This document shows, in pieces, positions 9,767 to 19,818 of a stretch of 61,839 bases of DNA. The number at the start of each line of letters is the position of its first letter. Position 1 is the first letter of the stretch. The notes below the pieces were generated by a model, which worked only from the letters and a program-made list of their open reading frames with translations, was not told the DNA's origin and did not search any database. A program made the translations under genes and the position numbers. Origin of the DNA: a virus (lineage: Duplodnaviria > Caudoviricetes); the IMG/VR virus record IMGVR_UViG_3300021185_002489, positions 1-61,839 of that record; one strand, given 5' to 3'.

Positions 9767-11008
9767 ATGGAAGAACAAATTAAAGTTAACGCTGTAGAAG
9801 ATAATACACCTCCTGCAACACCACAAGAAAAAGAAGCTGCTGTTTTAGAACAGGCTATTAATGAAGGTTCTGTTGATGAATCATATGGTCTACAGGAAGA
9901 TGGCGTTTACAAAGTAAATTTAGACAAACCACCAACAACCAAAGAAGATGCCATTCAAGAGCAAGAAACAGAGAGCGTATCTGTGGGCGATGGAGCCGAA
10001 GATAGCCCGGAAGTGGACGAACAAGTACGGGAGCAAGATACAAAAGAAGAAGACAAAGAAGAAGAAGTAAATGATGATTCACCATTAGAATTAATTAATG
10101 ATGAACCAGAACAAGAAGTGCATCAAGAAGAGCAAGAGATACAACAAGATGTACAGCAAGAAGTAAAACAGGAAGAACCCAAAGTAGTTTTACCTGAAAA
10201 CATAGAGAAGTTAGTTAAGTTCATGGAAGAGACTGGAGGATCGGTAGAAGACTACGTAAGTCTTAATCGTGACATTTCTAAAATGGACAATACAACTTTA
10301 CTAAGAGAATACTACAAGAGTACTAAACCTCATTTAGACGCAGATGATGTTGATTTTTTATTCAATAAAAATTTTGCGTATGATGAAGAGACGGATGATC
10401 CGTCAGACGTTAAAGCTAAGCAATTAGCTTTTAAAGAAGAGTTATATAATGCTCAGAATCACTTTAATACTAGTAGGGAAAAATACTACGCTGATCTTAA
10501 GTTAAGGAAGCAAGATAGTGTTGCTCCTGAATATATTGAAGCAATGGACTATTATAATAACTCTAAGCAACAATCAGAAGAATATAATAATCTTCAAAAA
10601 GAGTTTATTGAAAAAACAAATAAAGTTTTTAACGATAATTTCAAAGGTTTTGATTTTAAGGTCGGAGAAAACAAATACAGGTTTAAAGTAGATAACACAG
10701 AAAAAGTTAAACAATATCAATCAGATATTTCAAATTTTATTAATGAATTTGTCGGTGATGATGGAGCTGTAGCTGATGCCTCAGGGTATCATAGAGCTTT
10801 ATTTGCTGCTAAAAATGCAGATAAGATTGCAAATCACTTTTATGAGCAGGGCCGTGCCGATGCTGTAAGAGAAGCTGCTAAGCGAGCAAATAATATCAAT
10901 ATGGATCCTCGCGTTGATAATTCAACAATTAAAACCGATCAAGGTGATAAAATTAGAGTAGTATCTGGAAATTCATCTGATAAGTTGCGCATTAAATGGA
11001 ACAAATAA
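9767..11008 (+). CDS. Capsid scaffolding protein (putative)
   Basis: Acidic low-complexity N-terminus; lies between portal and major capsid genes. Confidence 0.6.
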   Translation: MEEQIKVNAVEDNTPPATPQEKEAAVLEQAINEGSVDESYGLQEDGVYKVNLDKPPTTKEDAIQEQETESVSVGDGAEDSPEVDEQVREQDTKEEDKEEEVNDDSPLELINDEPEQEVHQEEQEIQQDVQQEVKQEEPKVVLPENIEKLVKFMEETGGSVEDYVSLNRDISKMDNTTLLREYYKSTKPHLDADDVDFLFNKNFAYDEETDDPSDVKAKQLAFKEELYNAQNHFNTSREKYYADLKLRKQDSVAPEYIEAMDYYNNSKQQSEEYNNLQKEFIEKTNKVFNDNFKGFDFKVGENKYRFKVDNTEKVKQYQSDISNFINEFVGDDGAVADASGYHRALFAAKNADKIANHFYEQGRADAVREAAKRANNINMDPRVDNSTIKTDQGDKIRVVSGNSSDKLRIKWNK

Positions 11009-11029
11009 CACAACTTAAAATCAAACAAA

Positions 11030-12562
11030 ATGGCTTTTACTAGTGGCATACCTGCCTCATTACAACCAACCCAGTCTAAAACACTTTATTCTGGAAACTA
11101 CATTGATTTCACCTCAGCGGCACATGATCAATGGACACAACAATTTTTACCCGATGTATACGAAAAAGAAGTAGAGCGCTACGGAAATCGTTCAATCGGA
11201 TCATTTTTAAGAATGGTATCTGCAGAGATGCCTTCAACATCAGACCAAATCATTTGGACTGAGCAAGGACGTCTACACACTCGTTACGCAAATGTACTTC
11301 CTCAAGGAACTGCTGCTGCTTTACCAGCTGTAGGAGCTGCTGCTGTTATTGCAGCTGATGCTAATGCAGGAGGGCGTTTAAATTTCGCTATCCCAGCACA
11401 ACCAACAAGCGTTGGATTAACATCTGCTACTACAGGAAACTGTAACTTCAAAGTTGGTCAAACAGCTATGATTCAAGTACAGTCAAATGCAACTTCTGCT
11501 GTAGGTGGAACTGCTGCTGTAATTAAAGGTGTAGTTACTTTAGTTGAGGACACACGTTTTCAAATTAAAGCATACAAAGCTCACGCTGGTGTAACTGCTG
11601 CACAAAGAGTAACAGCAATGGTATACGGATCTGAATTTGCTAAAGGTACTGGAAACTTTACTGAAAAGCTAGATCCTAGCTATGCTACATTTACAAATGC
11701 TCCAATCATTATGAAAGAGCACTATTCGATCAACGGATCTGACACAGCTCAGATTGGATGGATTGAAGTGACTTCAGAAAATGGAGCTGATGGATACTTA
11801 TGGTACCTAAAATCAGAGCACGAAAATAGACTACGTTGGGAAGACTACGTAGAGATGGCAATGGTTGAAGGTGTTGAAAAAAGTGCAGGAGGAGCTAATA
11901 TTGCTCTTGGAACTTACGGAGGTAGCCTAGCTGCACAAAATGCACGTGGTACTCAAGGTTTCTTTGATGCAATTGAAGAAAGAGGTAATGTATATTCAGG
12001 ATTTGGAGCGCAAGCTGCAGGTGGTGGAGCACTTACTGACTTTGATGCTGTTCTTAAGCAATTAGACAAGCAAGGAGCAATTGAAGAAAACATGCTTTTC
12101 TTAAATCGTGATCTATCATTAGAAATTGATGATATTCTTGCACAACAAAACGGTGGCTACGCTGGTGGTACTTCTTATGGGGTATTTAACAACAGCGAAG
12201 ATATGGCACTTACTTTAGGATTTACTGGATACCGAAGAGGATCTTATGACTTTTACAAAACTGACTGGAAATACTTAAATGACTGGTCAACTCGTGGAGG
12301 TTTTGGAGATATTGAAGGTGTATTAGTACCTGCAGGTACCTCTACTGTTTATGACCAACAGTTAGGAACAAACATTAAGCGTCCATTCTTACACGTACGA
12401 TACAGATCTTCAGAGACTGACAACAGAAAAATGAAATCTTGGATTACAGGATCTGTTGGAGGACCAACTAGTTCAGATATTGACGAAATGAGAATGCACT
12501 ATCTTACTGAAAGATGTCTTGTTACTCAAGCTGCAAATAACTTCGTGTTATTCAAAGCATAG
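11030..12562 (+). CDS. Major capsid protein
   Basis: 510 aa, strongly biased codon usage, follows the scaffold and is followed by a terminator hairpin. Confidence 0.85.
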   Translation: MAFTSGIPASLQPTQSKTLYSGNYIDFTSAAHDQWTQQFLPDVYEKEVERYGNRSIGSFLRMVSAEMPSTSDQIIWTEQGRLHTRYANVLPQGTAAALPAVGAAAVIAADANAGGRLNFAIPAQPTSVGLTSATTGNCNFKVGQTAMIQVQSNATSAVGGTAAVIKGVVTLVEDTRFQIKAYKAHAGVTAAQRVTAMVYGSEFAKGTGNFTEKLDPSYATFTNAPIIMKEHYSINGSDTAQIGWIEVTSENGADGYLWYLKSEHENRLRWEDYVEMAMVEGVEKSAGGANIALGTYGGSLAAQNARGTQGFFDAIEERGNVYSGFGAQAAGGGALTDFDAVLKQLDKQGAIEENMLFLNRDLSLEIDDILAQQNGGYAGGTSYGVFNNSEDMALTLGFTGYRRGSYDFYKTDWKYLNDWSTRGGFGDIEGVLVPAGTSTVYDQQLGTNIKRPFLHVRYRSSETDNRKMKSWITGSVGGPTSSDIDEMRMHYLTERCLVTQAANNFVLFKA

Positions 12563-12574
12563 TACTTTTAACTA

Positions 12575-12612
12575 TAGGATACGGGCCCTTCGGGGCCTTG
12601 TATTCTTATTTT
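12575..12612 (+). terminator. Intrinsic terminator-like hairpin after the capsid gene
   Basis: AGGATACGGGCCC-TTCG-GGGCCTTGTATTCT with a cUUCGg loop, followed by T-rich sequence. Confidence 0.75.
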
Positions 12613-12625
12613 ATATTATTTAATT

Positions 12626-13396
12626 ATGACAACAAAAACAACAAAAGTCCCATCTATTGAAAAAGAATGGGAAATAAAAGACAGAACATACGTGCTTACA
12701 AATAATAGAGCACCTATATCTTGGACAATACAAACAAAACACACAGCTAGAAAGCCATTGCTTTATTTCGATGAAGTCTCTGGTATAAATAGAGAGTTAC
12801 GATATGCTACAAATCAAAGATCCTTATTCGTTGATGAACAAGATGGATCTGCAACTTTAGCTCATATTGTATTTTTAGATGGTGTTTTAAATGCTCCAAA
12901 AGAACAACAAAATTTACAAAAATTACTTTCTTTATATCATCCGGAAAAAAATCAATTATGGATGGAGATTGACGAAGTGCAAGAAGCCGAAGATGAAATT
13001 GACGTTTTAGAGATGGAACTTGAAGCTTTAAATCTTGTTAACGAAATTGACATTGAACATTTAGAGGCTATTATGAGAACTGAATTAGGCTCTACAGTAG
13101 CTGGACTTTCTTCCAAAGAATTAAAAAGAGATGCGTATAGATTTGCTAAATCGCAACCTGAATTATTCTTAGAGCTTGTTCAAGACGAAGATATAAAATT
13201 AAGAAACTTAGCTAATAGAGCTGTTGAAGTTGGAATTTTACAACTAACTGATGATAATACTGTTTTTAAATTTGCCAACGGTAAAAAAGTTTTAACAGTA
13301 CCATTTGAACAGCATCCGTACGCGGCTTTAGCACAATACTTTAAAACTGATGAAGGCGTAGATTTAATGAAATCTATAACAAAAAAGCTTTCATAA
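12626..13396 (+). CDS. Hypothetical protein of the structural operon
   Basis: Position directly after the capsid gene. Confidence 0.55.
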   Translation: MTTKTTKVPSIEKEWEIKDRTYVLTNNRAPISWTIQTKHTARKPLLYFDEVSGINRELRYATNQRSLFVDEQDGSATLAHIVFLDGVLNAPKEQQNLQKLLSLYHPEKNQLWMEIDEVQEAEDEIDVLEMELEALNLVNEIDIEHLEAIMRTELGSTVAGLSSKELKRDAYRFAKSQPELFLELVQDEDIKLRNLANRAVEVGILQLTDDNTVFKFANGKKVLTVPFEQHPYAALAQYFKTDEGVDLMKSITKKLS

Positions 13397-13456
13397 ATAC
13401 TTGGCGTAGAGTAAGAAATTAACTCTATGCCGTCTAAACCAATACAACAGATATAA

Positions 13457-14200
13457 ATGGTAAATATAGATAACGTCTACAATTCTGTACTAGTAATAAC
13501 TAATAAAGATAACCGTGGATATATAACACCAGAGGAGTTTAATAGATTAGCATCTCAAGCTCAAAACGAAATATTTGAAAGTTACTTTAGGAAGCAATCT
13601 TCTTATGAACTTAATGCAAATATAACCAGCGACTTTGCAGATCCTGTTTTAAATACTTCTGAGAAAATAAACGAATTTTACGGTAATGCTGATTTAGCAT
13701 TAAGTAATGGCGTTTTCAATTACCCTAATGACTTTTATAGACTAGGAGTTGTGTCTGCTAATAATAAAATAGCAGACTTTGCACATCATTCAGACATAAA
13801 ATACATTAACCAATCACCTTTAACTTACCCCGTTGACAGTCAACCTGTATACACTTTAGCTCAAAATGGAGTTAAAGTATATCCCGGCACTATAACAACT
13901 GGTGTTAATATAGATTATTTAAAAAAGCCTAATAGACCTAAGTGGGGTTACATAATGCCAACAGCTGCACAGATATCTGCTGGGATTCCTAATAAGCCTA
14001 TTTATGATCCAACAGTTTTCAACCCTGCAACTGATGATTACAGTGAATCAGCAAAGTCCTATAACTTTGAACTACATCCATCTGAAGAATACGACTTAGT
14101 GGTAAAAATATTAACTTACGCAGGGGTGGTTATAAAGCAAGCAGATGTAGCAGGCTTTGCACAAGGAAAAGAACAACAAATAGCAGCAACTGAACAATAA
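13457..14200 (+). CDS. Tail ring/head-tail adaptor (P22 gp4-like)
   Basis: GYITPEEFN, YPNDFYRL and DYLKKPNRPKWGY motifs; position in the operon. Confidence 0.6.
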   Translation: MVNIDNVYNSVLVITNKDNRGYITPEEFNRLASQAQNEIFESYFRKQSSYELNANITSDFADPVLNTSEKINEFYGNADLALSNGVFNYPNDFYRLGVVSANNKIADFAHHSDIKYINQSPLTYPVDSQPVYTLAQNGVKVYPGTITTGVNIDYLKKPNRPKWGYIMPTAAQISAGIPNKPIYDPTVFNPATDDYSESAKSYNFELHPSEEYDLVVKILTYAGVVIKQADVAGFAQGKEQQIAATEQ

Positions 14201-15123
14201 TGGCAATATCAAGAAGACCTTTAGACGTAGATAATTATTCCGCATTAGATGGCGGAACGGGATTAGCTATACCAGGATATTACAGTAGAACTAACTTGAA
14301 CGATATAATTAACAACTTTATGGTTGCTTATATTGGAGATGGTAAGGTTTTAACAAAAGTACCTAGATATGAAGTTGCTTTTTGGGCACAAAGATCTGTT
14401 CAGGAATTTAGTTATGATATTTTACATTCTGAAAAATCTATAGAAATAGAGTTAAGCCCTACTAAAAGTATATCATTACCTTCGGATTACGTTAATTATG
14501 TTAAAGTTTCATATACTGATTCTAATGGCGTAATGAGACCAATACTTCCAAGCAGAACAACTACAGCTAATAAAGCTGTTGCACAAGACCAAGATTATAA
14601 ATATTTATATGATCAGGTAGGTGATATAGTTTTTAAGGAAACATCTGAAACTATTGATAAGTATCAATCAGCAAGTAGACCATTAGATGCTGAGCAAACT
14701 CAAGACTATTATAACGGATATTTTGATACAGATGACTACGAATATTATGGCAGTCGATACGGCACAACTCCTGAATATCAAAATATTAACGGTACTTTTG
14801 TTTTAGACACAGAGGCTGGTAAAATTTATTTTGACGCAGCATTTAAAGAAGGATGTTATATAACATTTACTTATATTTCAGATGGATTAGGAAATAACGG
14901 TGATTTTGACAACGTATATGTTCCTAAATTAGCTGAAGACGCAGTGTATGCCTCTATGCTTTACAATCTTTCTAAGCTTCGAAGTTCTGCCGCAGGTGCT
15001 GCTGGTCTTTACAAAAAAGAAGCTTCTTCTAAAATGCGAAACGCAAAAATAAGATTGTCTAATATGAAAACCAACGAAATGGCGCAAATTATGCGCAATA
15101 AAGCAAAATGGATTAAACACTAA
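14200..15123 (+). CDS. Second tail ring/tubular protein
   Basis: LPSDYVNYVKVS motif; coupled to the preceding gene. Confidence 0.6.
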   Translation: MAISRRPLDVDNYSALDGGTGLAIPGYYSRTNLNDIINNFMVAYIGDGKVLTKVPRYEVAFWAQRSVQEFSYDILHSEKSIEIELSPTKSISLPSDYVNYVKVSYTDSNGVMRPILPSRTTTANKAVAQDQDYKYLYDQVGDIVFKETSETIDKYQSASRPLDAEQTQDYYNGYFDTDDYEYYGSRYGTTPEYQNINGTFVLDTEAGKIYFDAAFKEGCYITFTYISDGLGNNGDFDNVYVPKLAEDAVYASMLYNLSKLRSSAAGAAGLYKKEASSKMRNAKIRLSNMKTNEMAQIMRNKAKWIKH

Positions 15124-15132
15124 TAAAAATCT

Positions 15133-18100
15133 ATGCCAGAAATTAAAAGAACGTTCAATGTTGGGAAAATGAATCGCGACTTGGACGACAGATTAGTACC
15201 TCCTGGTGAATATCGGGAAGGTTTTAACATTACCGTTGGTCGATCTGAAGGATCAGATGTAGGGGCTATTGAAAATTTATTAGGTAACGAAGCGGTTGCA
15301 CAAAGCAATATAGCAAACGCAAAATGTATTGGCTACGTAAGCGATACTGGTACTGAAAAAATATATTTTTTTGTAACTAGTAACTCTTCTTATAATGAAG
15401 TTAATACTGGGCAGCATGGTTTATTTGAATATGATCAAAAAACAAAGCAAACTACTGCTCTTGTTGTTTCTGCACAACTTAATTTGCATCAAAGTTATCC
15501 TATAACAGGTATAAATATCGTAGATGATTTATTATTTTGGACAGATAATAGAAACTACCCTAGAAAATTAAATGTAGTAACTGCTAAAAACAACACTTCG
15601 TACTATACTGCATCTAATGATATTGATAACCTAATATCTGTTGCTAAATTTGCACCTTATCAATCACCTACATTAGTGTCGGCAACAAAAGAAGCAAATA
15701 TATCTTCCACATTTATGGAAGATAAGCTAATTAGGTTTTCTTATAGATGGCAATTTGAAGATAACGAATATAGCACTTTAGCTCCATTTAGTCCTATAAT
15801 TTTTTCTAGACTAGATGAATCGGATACTATAAGCACTTCATTGTCTAATTTTGGTGAAATTGAAACATTTGTTAACGCAATTAATCAAGTTCAACTTCAG
15901 ATACCAACGCCTACTGGTTACGGTATAAAAAACGTTGAATTAATATATAAAGAATCAGGTTCAGGAACATTATATGTTGTTGACGATCAAGATGTTACAA
16001 CGGAACCTTTTGTAAACTTTACATATTCATCTACAGATCCTTTTAGAACACTACCAAGTGATCAGCTTACAAGAGTTTACGATGCTGTCCCTATAAAAGC
16101 AAAAGCGCAAGAAGTGGCTGGAGGTAGATTAGTGTATGGTAATTTTTTACAAAATTATGATATTCCTGATATTGCTTTTACAGTATCCAGAACGGGTGAA
16201 ACATCCGCTAGAAATAATATATTAGAAAATCAATCGGTTAAATCAAGAAGAACTTACCAAGTAGGTATTGTTTTAGCAGATAAGTTTGGAAGACAATCTC
16301 CTGTTATATTATCAAGCTCTGGTACAGATACTGTTTTTATAGATCCAGGAAATGGTGATTCTAGTGCAATAACTGCTTTTAACGCGTTACGAATTACTTT
16401 TACGGATGCAACGCAAATACCTTCGTGGGCTTATTCATACAGAGTTGTTGTAAAACAACGTGAGCAAGAATATTATAATTGGATTTCTACAATTGACGCA
16501 GCTAATGTTGTTAATCGTTTTGGTGATAGTATTAATAAAGTACCAAGAGATCAAACTGCAACTATACCACCTAGTACATCCGCAACTATATCACCTTGTG
16601 ACGTATCTGTTTATCCTAAGTTTTTGTCTGGGGGGAATGTTTATACAAAACCCTATGCTAATTTAACTAAGATACAATCTATTGCAAATCCTTCAGGCGA
16701 TGCTTTAGTAACTACTCTTGATAATTCCGGATCTTCTGTTACAAGTGGACTTTGCGTTTTTGAAACAGAGCCTGTGTCTTCTGAATTAGATATATTTTAT
16801 GAAACTTCAACAGGTGGATTAATATCAGAAATACCAGCTACTACAATAGATATTTCATTTTTTAACTGTATATTATTAACTTTTACGTCAGGTAATCACA
16901 TTGAAATAAATAGGATACGAGCTGGATATAATGAACCGTTTTTTGATGTAGGAGTTAGAGCTTTTGTTGTGCAAGAAAATTTTACACAAGAAAGAAGAAA
17001 AAACACATTAATACATTCTAGCGGGCTTTTAAACTCTAGAACAGGTATTAATTATATAAACCAATTTAACGAGTCTGAGGGCGGCTTAACAATATCATTA
17101 GACCCTTTAGATGGCTCAATACAAAAGTTATTTGTTGATGACACTCAAGTAATAATATTTCAAGAAGACAAAGTTTCTAGGTCTCCTGTAAATAAAAACT
17201 TTATATACTCAGCAGAGGGCGGGGCTATACCTGTTACAAGTAATACTCAATTTTTAGGTACAGTAGCTGCTTATGCAGGTGAATTTGGTATTTCACAAGA
17301 CCCTCAATCTTTTGCTAGTTATGGTTTTGCAAAATACTTTACAGATAAAAATAGAGGAACGGTGCTTAGACTATCTCAAAATGGAATTACTGAGATAGCC
17401 AAATTAGGTATGGGGGATTTTTTTAGAGATGCTTTAAAGCAATCAACCAAAATTATAGGATCTTATGATGAATATAATAGATGCTACGAATTAACTATTA
17501 TAGGCCAGGGGCTTGACAGCAATAAAGATACAAATTCTGAAACAGCAAGCGAAGGATATATAACATTATCTTTTGATGATAGATCAAATGGTTGGACTAG
17601 TTTTAAAGGATTTAAGCAAGCTGGCGGGGTTTCACTAAATAATTATTATTATACATTTAGTGGTGGCGCATTATGGGAACATCACAGTGAGAATGTAACT
17701 CATAATAATTTTTATAACTCCGGAACTCAACAATCTTATGTAATACCAATATTCAACGATGCTCCTTCTCTAGTAAAGCAATATAACGCTTTAAGTTATG
17801 AAGGTGATGAAGGATGGGGTGTAGAATACATACAGACGGATATAGGAAATTCAGGCGAACTTCCTCAAGTGGCAACCTCGTATTCAACTACGTTGCAATT
17901 ATCAGGAGCTGCAGACAATTCTGTTTTTAATGGGGCTACTACGGTTATAGCTAAAGAAAACGAAGGTATTTCATGGGCTATATTTGTTAAGCCTTTAAAT
18001 TCACAATTTGAATTTACAAATGTTAATAATATAACTTTAACACAAGATGTTGGTAGCAATATTAATGTAGTTAATCCTCAATCAATAACAAGCGATGGAC

Positions 18101-19131
18101 AGCTAGTTTTTTTAGCACAGCATACTGTAGGCGCATTAAATTCAATACAAACTTTAATTATTGGTGGTGATGGAGCTGGCTTAGCTTTTACAGTTGCATT
18201 ATTAACTGTGAACACAATAGACGCGGTTGCATTAGCAGACGTATCTCCAGCATCACAAATATTTAACACAGTAGGAGGCAATAATATTAATTTTAATATT
18301 AATGCGGTTTCAAATCACTATATAGATCCTTCTGATATAACTATAAACACAGGAGGATTGCCTTCAGGTTCAAACCCAGGCGTTGTTACCAATGTTAGAA
18401 ACGGTGATAATTTAACGTACACTATACCAATAACAGTAACTGATACCGCTAATGCAGGAACAGTAACAGCTACAGGTACAGCTACTTTAAAGCCAACATT
18501 AACTTGGGCCGCTTTAACTGGATCAACTGGAGGAGTTTTAAACACTCCTATAGACACTACTATAGGAAACCTTTATTATATATCTCCTTTTGATAATTCA
18601 ACAAATAGATTAGCAACTATAGTTTTTACAGCTGGAGCTAACCAAATTTTTAAATTAAATTCTTTTAGTATTATATATGATGTTGCAGGTTCAACTATAA
18701 CTAAGCAATTAGGAGCAGGCGTTGGTGGTTCAAACCCAATGGATGGTATCTTAACAGCTAGTATACAGCTACCTATAATAACTGCAGATACTATTGCTAC
18801 TGCAACTATTACAGGTGCTGGGAGCGAAGCTGCTACGTTGGGTTCTATACCTTCTACAATTTCATTAAACCAAAATGGCGATGCAATTAGCATTCCAGGA
18901 AATTGGAATGTAGAAATACAAGTGCAACCAACACAAGGTAACACATGGGTAGAGTTTAACAATAACAACGGAACATCTATTGTTAATGCTAACACCGCAT
19001 TTTTTATAGGAGGATCCGTTAATTCAACAGGGTCTTCAAGAAGTGTTGTAGCAACTATAACAAATAGAAACACTAGAGTTGTCACATCTCCAGATGCAAG
19101 CGCAACAATAACAATAACACAAGCAGGGTAA
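15133..19131 (+). CDS. Tail stabilisation/nozzle protein (P22 gp10-like) with a C-terminal Ig-like extension
   Basis: GKMNRDLDDRLVPPGEYR N-terminus; LFWTDNRNYPRKLN and GISQDPQSFA motifs; T/G/N-rich beta-type tail after about 17850. Confidence 0.7.
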   Translation: MPEIKRTFNVGKMNRDLDDRLVPPGEYREGFNITVGRSEGSDVGAIENLLGNEAVAQSNIANAKCIGYVSDTGTEKIYFFVTSNSSYNEVNTGQHGLFEYDQKTKQTTALVVSAQLNLHQSYPITGINIVDDLLFWTDNRNYPRKLNVVTAKNNTSYYTASNDIDNLISVAKFAPYQSPTLVSATKEANISSTFMEDKLIRFSYRWQFEDNEYSTLAPFSPIIFSRLDESDTISTSLSNFGEIETFVNAINQVQLQIPTPTGYGIKNVELIYKESGSGTLYVVDDQDVTTEPFVNFTYSSTDPFRTLPSDQLTRVYDAVPIKAKAQEVAGGRLVYGNFLQNYDIPDIAFTVSRTGETSARNNILENQSVKSRRTYQVGIVLADKFGRQSPVILSSSGTDTVFIDPGNGDSSAITAFNALRITFTDATQIPSWAYSYRVVVKQREQEYYNWISTIDAANVVNRFGDSINKVPRDQTATIPPSTSATISPCDVSVYPKFLSGGNVYTKPYANLTKIQSIANPSGDALVTTLDNSGSSVTSGLCVFETEPVSSELDIFYETSTGGLISEIPATTIDISFFNCILLTFTSGNHIEINRIRAGYNEPFFDVGVRAFVVQENFTQERRKNTLIHSSGLLNSRTGINYINQFNESEGGLTISLDPLDGSIQKLFVDDTQVIIFQEDKVSRSPVNKNFIYSAEGGAIPVTSNTQFLGTVAAYAGEFGISQDPQSFASYGFAKYFTDKNRGTVLRLSQNGITEIAKLGMGDFFRDALKQSTKIIGSYDEYNRCYELTIIGQGLDSNKDTNSETASEGYITLSFDDRSNGWTSFKGFKQAGGVSLNNYYYTFSGGALWEHHSENVTHNNFYNSGTQQSYVIPIFNDAPSLVKQYNALSYEGDEGWGVEYIQTDIGNSGELPQVATSYSTTLQLSGAADNSVFNGATTVIAKENEGISWAIFVKPLNSQFEFTNVNNITLTQDVGSNINVVNPQSITSDGQLVFLAQHTVGALNSIQTLIIGGDGAGLAFTVALLTVNTIDAVALADVSPASQIFNTVGGNNINFNINAVSNHYIDPSDITINTGGLPSGSNPGVVTNVRNGDNLTYTIPITVTDTANAGTVTATGTATLKPTLTWAALTGSTGGVLNTPIDTTIGNLYYISPFDNSTNRLATIVFTAGANQIFKLNSFSIIYDVAGSTITKQLGAGVGGSNPMDGILTASIQLPIITADTIATATITGAGSEAATLGSIPSTISLNQNGDAISIPGNWNVEIQVQPTQGNTWVEFNNNNGTSIVNANTAFFIGGSVNSTGSSRSVVATITNRNTRVVTSPDASATITITQAG

Positions 19132-19132
19132 T

Positions 19133-19372
19133 ATGGCAGATATAATTTCATTTCCTTTTGAAAAAAAAGAAGGTAAATATTTTACGCCTATAGTTTCAGA
19201 ACAAACTAAATATAAAGTTGAAAATGGAGTTATAGTTGAAAATGGCAAAGAATTAATCTCAGGCATAAAAGGAGCTTTTGCTATAATAAAGTTAATACTT
19301 CCTGTAGATAAAGCGAGTACTAAAAAAGAATTATTTGCTTTAAACTCGGAAGCAGTAAATTCATCGAATTAA
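19133..19372 (+). CDS. Probable detached C-terminal segment of the nozzle protein
   Basis: FEKKEGKYF...GIKG...ELFALNSE...SS; starts 2 nt after the previous stop. Confidence 0.5.
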   Translation: MADIISFPFEKKEGKYFTPIVSEQTKYKVENGVIVENGKELISGIKGAFAIIKLILPVDKASTKKELFALNSEAVNSSN

Positions 19373-19377
19373 ATTAT

Positions 19378-19818
19378 ATGCAATTACAAGTTAGAAAATT
19401 ACAAGAATCCGATTGGGATTTAATACCAAAGTGGTGGGAAACTTATGGTTCTGAAGGTTTCCCACGTGACTTTTTGCCAGGAGCTTTTCAAATAGGCGAC
19501 GAACAAGAAAAAAAACGTGAAGGACTAGGTGGCTTTATGGTTTGCAAAGGAGACGATCCTATTGCAGCTATGTGGCTATGGATGACAAATAGTAAGATGG
19601 CAATTCCAGCTGTTGTAGTGAGTGATAAATCTTATCGTGACACAGACAGAAGTGATGCATTGCAACTCTTAGTAGATTTTACAACTGATTTTGCTGAAGA
19701 CTTAGGTTATAAGTATGCTTTTGCATGGGCAAAGCCAGGTAAATTATTAGAAAAATATAAAAAAGCGGATTATTATTGCGATGAAACTCCGTCATATGAA
19801 TTAATACTAAAATACTAA
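19378..19818 (+). CDS. GNAT-fold protein (T7 gp13-like position)
   Basis: VRKLQESDW...VVSDKSYR...AEDLGYKY...YKKADY pattern; precedes the ejection proteins. Confidence 0.55.
   Translation: MQLQVRKLQESDWDLIPKWWETYGSEGFPRDFLPGAFQIGDEQEKKREGLGGFMVCKGDDPIAAMWLWMTNSKMAIPAVVVSDKSYRDTDRSDALQLLVDFTTDFAEDLGYKYAFAWAKPGKLLEKYKKADYYCDETPSYELILKY

Noticed and set aside
17865-19266. Antisense ORFs over the nozzle gene (and similar ones over other large genes, e.g. 25073-26563 and 60713-61180)
   Set aside because: In-register antisense shadows of real genes with no independent signals.
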